In this document: piece by piece, positions 54,348-64,000 of the stretch
Layout of the letters: every line of letters starts with the position of its first letter
How positions within the stretch are numbered: position 1 is the first letter of the stretch
Source: Lingula anatina
Lineage: Eukaryota > Animalia > Brachiopoda
Assembly (NCBI GenBank): GCA_051362555.1
Contig: CM120643.1
Span: 4,898,001 to 4,962,000 of the forward strand
Reading direction: 5' to 3'
DNA length: 64,000 bases
The notes under the pieces: model-generated
The model's input: only the letters and a program-made list of their open reading frames with translations
Told to the model about the DNA's origin: nothing
Database searches by the model: none
Position numbers and translations under genes: made by a program

Positions 54348-54558
54348 GACCCATTCCCATAGATATTTAGATCGATCTATCCCCCTGGGGAGTCTCAGCT
54401 TAACAGGCTTAAATGTCTGTCCCACCCACTAAAAGCTGTAAGGGGGTAATTAACTATGGTGCGCGCTCGGCTGACTGCAATTTAGCATGAACCCCCAGGG
54501 AGTTAGGTCGATCTAAATCTAAATATCTAGATCAATCTAAATCTCTGGGAATGCACTC
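54348..54558. mobile_element. 211-bp MITE, array copy 6
   Basis: Same element and flanks as 39917-40127. Confidence 0.8.
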
Positions 54559-57084
54559 TCAAACTGAGTATGCATGATATAATGGCACAATATTAAAGAT
54601 ATAAAGAGATTTTTCCTCTGATCATGTGTGTGTTATGTAATTTTTTATTATTTTTAAAATACTGGATAAGCTGAACACTTCTTTGTTTTAACAAAATGTC
54701 AAATTTTTCTGTTTTTGTATTCTAAAAATAATACAACTTTCAAAATTGGCATAAAATTGTGTTTAGTTTTTTAAAATCAATTTTGAAGTTCTTTGAGCTT
54801 TGTAAATACTAAATTCCCTATCTCTCTTACCACACAATCCCAAAAACAAGCTCTCTCTCTCTCTCTCTCTAACTAACTGACACACACACACAAACTTTTT
54901 CTATCTTTCTCACAAACACACACACACACTCACACACACACATTCACACAGAGACAGAAACACACAAAGACATCATTGAGACTTAATGAAAACTTCAGCT
55001 TCACTGTAAGGTGCTGCCGCCAAGTGGATAAAGGAAGCACTACATTGTAAAATGCAGCAATGGGAAGAGCATCCCCAAGCAGTAAAGTATCATATTTTGA
55101 AATATAAAAATATGTAACAAACCAAAGGAAAATTGATTTCTATAATTCATTCAAATAAATTGTTCACACAATAGCACAGGATTCAAACGATTGCGAATGT
55201 GCGAAAAGTGCACCGTTTGAAAGAAACAAGTTGGTGAAATTGATAAAGCCTGCCGGTGTTAAGCCACTGGTTGATTTGATTTAATTTGCCCTCTGGTGTT
55301 GTTTTGAAAATAGATATTACAAACTTTCTATTGATTTTATGTTTTAAAAAGTAAATCCATTGGAATTTCTTTAGAATAACAGGGATCTTAATTCATGGGT
55401 CAAAATCTGGTAGGGCCATTTTGGCCCACTTGGTTAAAAAAATTTGGGCCATTTTTAAAAAATGTGTAACACAGTGATCAAAATATATGATACATACAGT
55501 GACAATAAAGACATAGACAGTGATCAGAATACATACAGACACATCCAATATCTCAACAGACAATGCAAAGTCATCAAGATGTATACATGAAAATTTGTTT
55601 ATACCAGCGAACCCTCGTCCCCAACTCCAAACAGATAACATTGACCCTTAATTGTCACCTTGAATATATCAAAAACTGATTTGGATCTCAATGACCCATT
55701 TACAAATGATAATTTCCCAGTAACAACATATAGTGGCGATGGTCACAATGGGATTGAAAAGAATCACCAGTGTAGCAATATCGTTCTTGCACTGACCTTT
55801 GCTGATATTGTGGGGTTGTAGAACGAGATGGTGAACAGAGGAATTCAACTGTCCTCAGTGTGATGATAATCCAGGAAACAGGCCTTCATTTCTACTGAAA
55901 ACAGATAATAAATCACCAATAAAAAGAGAAAAATACATATATATATATATATATATATATATGTAGACATATACGGTAGTTACAACACAGACATCTCTCT
56001 AACTCACACGCACACACGAACCCTTCTCTCTTTCTCACACACACACACACACACATTCACACAGAGAAAGAAACACACCAAGACATCAATGAGATTTAAT
56101 GAAGACTTCAGCTCCACTGTAAGGTGCTGCCACCAAGTGGATAAAGCAAGCACTACATTGTAAAATGCAACAATGGGAAGAGCATCCCCAAGAAGTAAAG
56201 TATCATATCTTGAAATAGAAAGTATGTAACAAACCAATGGAAAATGAAGAAATTGATTTCTATAATTCATTCAAATAAATTGTTCACACAATAGCTCAGG
56301 ATGAAAATGACTGCACATGTGCGAAAAGTGCACTGTTTGAAATAAACAAGTTGGTGAGATTGACAAAGCCTGCCGGTGTTTAGCCACTGGTTGATTTGAT
56401 TTAATTTGCCCTCTGGTGTTGTTATATATATGTTATATATGGTGTAATATATTATACATACAGTGACAATAAAGACATAGACAGTGATCAGAATACATAC
56501 AGACACATTCAATATCTCAACAGATAATGCAAAGTCATCAAGATGTATACATGAAATTTTGTTTATATCAAGAGTTTTGCCCAGCGAACCCTTGCCCCCC
56601 GAACTCCAAACAGATAACATTAACCCTTGTCACGTTGAACATATCAAAAACTGATTTGGATCTCAATGACCCATTTACAAATGATAATTTCCCAGTAACA
56701 ACATATAGTGGCGATGGTCACAATGGGATTGAAAAGAATCACCAGTGTAGCAATATCGTTCTTGCACTGACCTTTGCTGATATTGTGGGGTTGTAGAACG
56801 AGATGGTGAACAGAGGAATTCAACTGTCCTCAGTGTGATGATAATCCAGGAAACACGCCTTCATTTCTACTGAAAACAGATACTAACCCAGCTAGAAAAG
56901 TAGTCCCCTTTGCAGTCTGCTTGCAGTCTCCTTTACAGTCCCCCCATGGAGCCTGCTTTGCAGTCTCCCTAGCAGTCCCCGCTCCCATAGCAGCCTCCTT
57001 TGCAGGTATCCTTAAGTATGGAGGGAGTCCCCTTGGCAGTCTTAATTTGCATTTTTGGAACGCGCTGCCAGGGGGACTGCCTGG

Positions 57085-57680
57085 GCAGTCCCCCTAGCAG
57101 TCTGCTTTGGCAGCCCCCCTAGCAGTCTGCTTGGCAGCCCCCCTAGCAGTCTGCTTGGCAGTCCCCCTAGCAGTCTGCTTGGCAGCCCCCTTGGCAGTCT
57201 GCTTCGCAGTCCCTCTGGCAGTCTTAATTTGCATTTTTGGAACGCGCTGCCAGGGGGACTGCCTGGGCAGTCCCCCTAGCAGTCTGCTTTGGCAGCCCCC
57301 CTAGCAGTCTGCTTGGCAGTCTCCCTGGCAGTCTTAATTTGCATTTTTGGAACGCGCTGCCAGAGGGACTGCCTGGGCAGTCCCCCTAGCAGTCTGCTTT
57401 GGCAGCCCCCTAGCAGTCTGCTTTGGCAGCCCCCTAGCAGTCTGCTTGGCAGCCCCCCTAGCAGTCTGCTTGGCAGTCCCCCTAGCAGTCTGCTTGGCAG
57501 TCCCCCTAGCAGTCTGCTTTGGCAGCCCCCCTAGCAGTCTGCTTGGCAGCCCCCGTAGCAGTCTGCTTGGCAGTCCCCCTAGCAGTCTGCTTGGCAGTCC
57601 CCCTAGCAGTCTGCTTGGCAGCCCCCCTAGCAGTCTGCTTGGCAGTCCCCCTAGCAGTCTACTCTGCAGTCTCCCTAGGC
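57085..57680 (+). repeat. 24-bp subterminal minisatellite (gcagtccccctagcagtctgcttg)
   Basis: Directly visible; source of the LAVCLAAP/PPSSLLGS pseudo-ORFs. Confidence 0.95.
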
Positions 57681-58467
57681 AACTGGCAAAATAAAATTTA
57701 TTTATTTATTATTTATTATTTATTTTTTGTATATTCAAACAATAATTACATTTATCAAAAGGAATTTAGAAATAATCTTTCTCCAAAGTATGTGTTTAAG
57801 TTCAAATCTAAATACAAAATTTCCCCTTGATCATAAAATGTTATCTGATCCATTTATATCTAACATATTGGTTTATTTCTCTCCATACAATTTACTTCAG
57901 TTTACTGCTTTACATATATATATTTTTCTACAAAGCCCATATAAGCAGAGGGCTGGGAATTCTACTGTGTGTTATTTAATCATTCCAAAAACTCTATCAC
58001 AGAATTCACTGACCAGGATTCATATATACAGACACATAACAGCAATATTTCAAGTAATTTTTAAGGTTTTTTCAACTAATGAGGGCAAGTTATACACTAA
58101 TACAATTTTAAAGTGTACATACCAAAGGAAAAAAGGCTCATTTCATTTAAACTTGGTATTTTTAACACACTGCATGATGATGAAATGTACAGAGATGTTT
58201 TAAAAGGTAATTATCCTCATCTGTGAATTATTGTTGATATTCATGCCAAAAACTAAAGAATTTAAAATAAGATTTTTACAAGGACCAAAATGGTTAAATG
58301 CAAACCTTTTTCTAACCTAATAGCAATTCCAAGTACTTTTCAAAACCACAAACAGAATTCAAAGTGCTGGGTTAAAATAGAACACTTTCCAAGGCTCTAT
58401 GGATCCTGGTGCATCAGTAAACTATACATGTAGGAAAATACAAAACCAAAAAGGCTTGCATGCTCAC

Positions 58468-58690
58468 TTCTTATCCTGTCTCTTTATCTCTTCATTTTTC
58501 TTTCTATATTTCCTAAAAATGTCTTCTTTTTCAATCCAGAAATCAATGTTTTCAGATTTCTTGCCTCTTCCTTAGAACATTCCTGACCTATAGCTTCTGG
58601 CTTAGATATTTGAATCAGCCCAACGGACTACTGCCTGTTTAAACTGTGCTATGTACTGTCCAGTATAGTAATTTGATCTCATTGAGCAAG
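58468..58690 (-). pseudogene. Decayed exon-like segment inside the EnSpm-like element, possibly a Brinker/pogo-type HTH
   Basis: cctacag|...|gtgagc; translates CSMRSNYYTGQYIAQFKQAVVRWADSNI*ARSYRSGMF*GRGKKSENIDFWIEKEDIFRKYRKKNEEIKRQDK. Confidence 0.35.
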
Positions 58691-59209
58691 CTGTAGGCGG
58701 ACTGTTTATATCAAACTGACAGTTAAGATAAACATGCCCCTAACTTGAAATGAATTTGGTCTATTGAAAGTTACCAGTTGATTTTAAGTCCAACTTAAAT
58801 TGATGCTTACTGTGAGGTTTAAAATTTATACATTGTGCAATTGTATATTAAAATAAGACTTCAATCATTTGTCTAATTTCAATGATAATAATAGCAATGA
58901 TTAAGCATATAATATTTTCACAGCATTATTTAAAAGATATAAATCTGTTCACTCAGTTATTTTTTATAGGTGAAGTAAATGTACTATATATGAGTGTATA
59001 TATAGCTTGGAGGATTAAAGCCAACAACTGCTTTTAACCCAAACAATTTTAAAGTCATTTTGACAAGCTCTTAATGAAAAGAAAATGTTTTCTTTTAAGC
59101 CTGATAACTGATCAAAAGATTAGCATACATGCTTCTCAGTTGCGAATAGAAACACTTTTTAAGTAACTATTGGGTTTTTTATTGCATACGTTGGGCAACG
59201 TTAAAAATG

Positions 59210-59445
59210 TCAGTTATTGCAGCCTCCTTTGCAGTCCCGTGGAAAATATTTAAGTTATTGCAGCCCCCTTTGCAGTCTCCTGCAAAAATGCCTAAGTTAT
59301 TGCAGCCTCCTAAGCAGTCCCCTGCAAAATGTTGAAGTTATTGAAGCCCCCTTTGCAGTCCCCTGCAAAAATGCCTAAGTTATTGCAGCCTCCTTTGCAG
59401 TCCCCTGCAAAAATATTTAAGTTATTGCAGCCCCCTTTGCAGTCT
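59210..59445 (+). repeat. ~43-bp subterminal repeat (aagttattgcagcc.cctttgcagtcccctgcaaaaat)
   Basis: About five copies near the right end of the element. Confidence 0.9.
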
Positions 59446-60395
59446 GCCTGCTCAAGGAGACTGCACACTGGAGCCCCAGACTGCAAAAGGACAGTCTCCC
59501 TGGCAGTCTCTCTGGCAGCCTGGGCTCCTGTGGGCAGCCGGGGCTCCCATTCTAGCTGGGAAATCATCAATAAAAAAAAAATACATATATATATATATGT
59601 AGACATATACGCTAGTTACAACACATACATCTCTCTAACTCACACGCACACACACACGAACCCTTCTCTCTTTCTCACACACACATTCACACAGAGAAAG
59701 AAACACACCAAGACATCAATGAGATTTAATGAAGACTTCAGCTCCACTGTAAGGTGCTGCCACCAAGTGGATAAAGCAAGCACTTATATATTATACATAC
59801 AGTGACAATAAAGACATAGACAGTGATCAGAATACATACAGACACATTCAATATCTCAACAGACAATGCAAAGTCATCAAGATGTATACATGAAATTTTG
59901 TTTATATCAAGAGTTTTGCCCAGCGAACCCTCGCCCCCCCAACTCCAAACAGATAACATTAACCCTTGTCACGTTGAACATATCAAAAACTGATTTGGAT
60001 CTCAATTACCCATTTACAAATGATAATTTCCCAGTTACAACATATAGTGCCGATGGTCACAATGGGATTGAAAAGAATCACCAGTGTAGCAATATCGTTG
60101 TTGCACTGACCTTTGCTGATATTGTGGGGTTGTAGAACAAGATGGTGAACAGAGGAATTCAACTGTCCTCAGTGTGATGATAATCCAGGAAACACACCTT
60201 CATCTCTACTGAAAACAGATGATAAATCATCAATAAAAAAAAAATAAATATATATATACAATGCTAAGGCATCAGAATGTATACATAAAATTTTGTCTAT
60301 ATCAAGGTTTTTGCTAAGCGCACAACTCCCTCCCACCCCCACCCAAATATCAACAGTTCACATTAACCCTTTATTGTCACCTTGAGCATATCTAA

Positions 60396-60606
60396 GACCC
60401 ATTCCCATAGATATTTAGATCGATCTATCCCCCTGGGGAGTCTCAGCTTAACAGGCTTAAATGTCTGTCCCACCCACTAAAAGCTGTAAGGGGGTAATTA
60501 ACTATGGTGCGGGCTCGGCTGACTGCAATTTAGCATGAACCCCCAGGGAGTTAGGTCGATCTAAATCTAAATATCTGGATCAATCTAAATCTCTGGGAAT
60601 GCACTC
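60396..60606. mobile_element. 211-bp MITE, array copy 7
   Basis: Same element and flanks as 39917-40127. Confidence 0.8.
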
Positions 60607-62393
60607 TCAAACTGAGTATGCATGATATAATGGCACAATATTAAAGATATAAAGAGATTTTTCCTCTGATCATGTGTGTGTTATGTAATTTTTTATTATT
60701 TTTAAAATACTGGATAAGCTGAACACTTCTTTGTTTTAACAAAATGTCAAATTTTTCTGTTTTTGTATTCTAAAAATAATACAACTTTCAAAATTGGCAT
60801 AAAATTGTGTTTAGTTTTTTAAAATCAATTTTGAAGTTCTTTGAGCTTTTTTAATACTAAATTCCCTATCTCTCTTACCACACAATCCCAAAAACAAGCT
60901 CTCTCTCTCTCTCTCTCTCTCACTAACTGACACACACACACACACACAAACTTTTTCTATCTTTCTCACAAACACACACACACACTCACACACACACATT
61001 CACACAGAGACAGAAACACACAAAGACATCATTGAGACTTAATGAAAACTTCAGCTTCACTGTAAGGTGCTGCCGCCAAGTGGATAAAGGAAGCACTACA
61101 TTGTAAAATGCAGCAATGGGAAGAGCATCCCCAAGCAGTAAAGTATCATATTTTGAAATATAAAAATATGTAACAAACCAAAGGAAAATTGATTTCTATA
61201 ATTCATTCAAATAAATTGTTCACACAATAGCACAGGATTCAAACGATTGCGAATGTGCGAAAAGTGCACCGTTTGAAAGAAACAAGTTGGTGAAATTGAT
61301 AAAGCCTGCCGGTGTTAAGCCACTGGTTGATTTGATTTAATTTGCCCTCTGGTGTTGTTTTGAAAATAGATATTACAAACATTCTATTGATTTTATGTTT
61401 TAAAAAGTAAATCCATTGGAATTTCTTTAGAATAACAGGGATCTTAATTCATGGGTCAAAATCTGGTAGGGCCATTTTGGCCCACTTGGTTAAAAAAATT
61501 TGGGCCATTTTTAAAAAATGTGTAACACAGTGATCAAAATATATGATACATACAGTGACAATAAAGACATAGACAGTGATCAGAATACATACAGACACAT
61601 CCAATATCTCAACAGACAATGCAAAGTCATCAAGATGTATACATGAAAATTTGTTTATACCAGCGAACCCTCGCCCACCAATTCTCCAAACAGATAACAT
61701 TGACCCTTGTCACCTTGAACATATCAAAAACTGATTTGGATCTCAATGACCCATTTACAAATGATAATTTCCCAGTAACAACATATAGTGGCGATGGTCA
61801 CAATGGGATTGAATAGAATCACCAGTGTAGCAATATCATTGTTGCACTGACCTTTGCTGATACTGTGTGGTTGTAGAAAGAGATGGTGAACAGAGGAATT
61901 CAACTGTCCTCAGTGTGATGATAATCCAGGAAACACGCCTTCATTTCTACTGAAAACAGATACTAAATCATCAATAAAAAAAAAATACATATATATATAT
62001 ATGTAGACATATACGCTAGTTACAACACATACATCTCTCTAACTCACGCACACACACACGAACCCTTCTCTCTTTCTCACACACACATTCACACAGAGAA
62101 AGAAACACACCAAGACATCAATGAGATTTAATGAAGACTTCAGCTCCACTGTAAGGTGCTGCCACCAAGTGGATAAAGCAAGCACTTATATATTATACAT
62201 ACAGTGACAATAAAGACATAGACAGTGATCAGAATACATACAGACACATTCAATATCTCAACAGACAATGCAAAGTCATCAAGATGTATACATGAAATTT
62301 TGTTTATATTAAGAGTTTTGCCCAGCGAACCCTCGCCCCCCCCAACTCCAAACAGATAACATTAACTCTTGTCACTTTGAACATAACTAACTG

Positions 62394-62426
<33 letters not shown>

Positions 62427-64000
62427 TTTTCTATCTTTCTCACAAACACACACACACACACACACACACATTCACACAGAGACAGAAACACACAAAGACA
62501 TCACTGAGACTAGCTGAAGACTTCAGCTCTACTGTAAGGTGCTGCCGCCAAGTAGATAAAGGAATCACTACATTGTAAAATGCAGCAATGGGAAGAGCAT
62601 CCCCAAGCAGTAAAGTATCACATATTGAAATATAAAAATATGTAACAAACCAAAGGAAAATTGATTTCTATAATTCATTCAAATAAATTGTTCACACAAT
62701 AGCACAGGATTCAAACGATTGCCCATGTGCGAAAAGTGCATTGTTTGAAATAAACAAGTTGGTGAAATTGATAAAGCCTGCCGGTGTTTAGCCACTGGTT
62801 GATTTGATTTAATTTGCCCTCTGGTGTTGTTTTGAAAATAGATATTACAAACATTCTATTGATTTTATGTTTTAAAAAGTAAATCCATTGGAATTTCTTT
62901 AGAATAACAGGGATCTTAATTCATGGGTCAAAATCTGGTAGGGCCATGTTGGCCCACTTGGTTAAAAAAATTTGGGCCATTTTTAAAAAATGTGTAACAC
63001 AGTGATCAAAATATATGATACATACAGTGACAATAAAGACATAGACAGTGATCAGAATACATACAGACACATCCAATATCTCAACAGACAATGCAAAGTC
63101 ATCAAGATGTATACATGAAAATTTGTTTATACCAGCGAACCCTCGCCCCCCAACTCCAAACAGATAACATTGACCCTTGTCACCTTGAACATATCAAAAA
63201 CTGATTTGGATCTCAATGACCCATTTACAAATGATAATTTCCCAGTAACAACATATAGTGGCGATGGTCACAATGGGATTGAAAAGAATCACCAGTGTAG
63301 CAATATCGTTGTTGCACTGACCTTTGCTGATATTGTGGGGTTGTAGAACGAGATGGTGAACAGAGGAATTCAACTGTCCTCAGTGTGATGATAATCCAGG
63401 AAACACGCCTTCATTTCTACTGAAAACAGATACTAAATCATCAATAAAAAAAAAAAAATACATATATATATATATATGTAGACATATATGCTAGTTACAA
63501 CACATACATCTCTCTAACTCACACGCACACACACACGAACCCTTCTCTCTTTCTCACACACACATTCACACAGAGAAAGAAACACACCAAGACATCAATG
63601 AGATTTAATGAAGACTTCAGCTCCACTGTAAGGTGCTGCCACCAAGTGGATAAAGCAAGCACTTATATATTATACATACAGTGACAATAAAGACATAGAC
63701 AGTGATCAGAATACATACAGACACTTCAATATCTCAACAGACAATGCAAAGTCATCAAGATGTATACATGAAATTTTGTTTATATTAAGAGTTTTGCCCA
63801 GCGAACCCTCGCCCCCCCCAACTCCAAACAGATAACATTAACCCTTGTCACGTTGAACATATCAAAAACTGATTTGGATCTCAATTACCCATTTACAAAT
63901 GAAAATTTCCCAGTTACAAGATATAGTGCCGATGGTCACAATGGGATTGAAAAAAATTACCAGTGTAGCAATATCGTTGTTGCACTGACCTTTGCTGATA

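Larger units (their letters stand above)
56887..59560. mobile_element. 2.67-kb non-autonomous CCCAG-terminated EnSpm/CACTA(CMC)-like DNA transposon
   Basis: 11-bp TIR cccagctagaa / ttctagctggg; 2-bp TSD AA (empty paralogues read gatactaaatcatc); long subterminal repeat arrays. Confidence 0.85.
38798..64000 (-). repeat. Young modular tandem array (macrosatellite-like), >=25 kb, continuing beyond the window
   Basis: About 19-20 A/B modules alternate with three variants of module C (short link, long link, truncated) and 7 D modules. (TA)n, (CA)n and (CT)n tracts lie at module joints. Identical ORF-track peptides recur at offsets of 2260, 2463 and 5846 bp. Confidence 0.95.

Noticed and set aside
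57055-57830. LAVCLAAP / PPSSLLGS repeat proteins
   Set aside because: All frames of a 24-bp subterminal minisatellite of the DNA transposon.
58500-58560. RGS-domain similarity (SENIDFWIEKED)
   Set aside because: Short match only; flanking residues do not follow the RGS pattern and an in-frame stop lies just upstream.
38882-61816. Repeated ORFs (MNYRNQFLHF.., MSVEILNVSV.., MQSHQDVY..) as a tandem gene family
   Set aside because: They run through (CA)n/(TA)n tracts, vary by frameshift between copies and mostly start at non-ATG codons. Only the splice-bounded parts were kept, as candidates.

Overview
Eukaryotic, AT-rich animal-like genomic DNA; an invertebrate origin is an inference from its transposon types. 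I found no intact protein-coding gene, rRNA, tRNA or CRISPR array, and the supplied ORFs are almost all by-products of repeats. The window has three zones. (1) 1-18 kb is a pile of non-autonomous DNA transposons: Helentron/HINE-like elements with ~161-bp satellite cores (one nested inside another), PIF/Harbinger- and CACTA-type MITEs, a decayed SWIM-bearing transposase fragment and a probable LTR. (2) 18-38.8 kb holds older copies of a modular repeat. These are interrupted by two ~7-kb CpG-richer, homeobox/Otx/Sox-motif-rich blocks sitting at TA sites; one has an exact TA duplication. (3) 38.8-64 kb is a young, shuffled modular tandem array that runs off the window end. Its units carry two minus-strand exon-like segments (98/95 nt and 130 nt, stops in every frame), co-oriented CTCF-like motifs, a co-amplified 211-bp MITE (7 copies) and one recent 2.67-kb CCCAG/EnSpm-type insertion. 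All coordinates were read by eye; motif positions and repeat edges are approximate.
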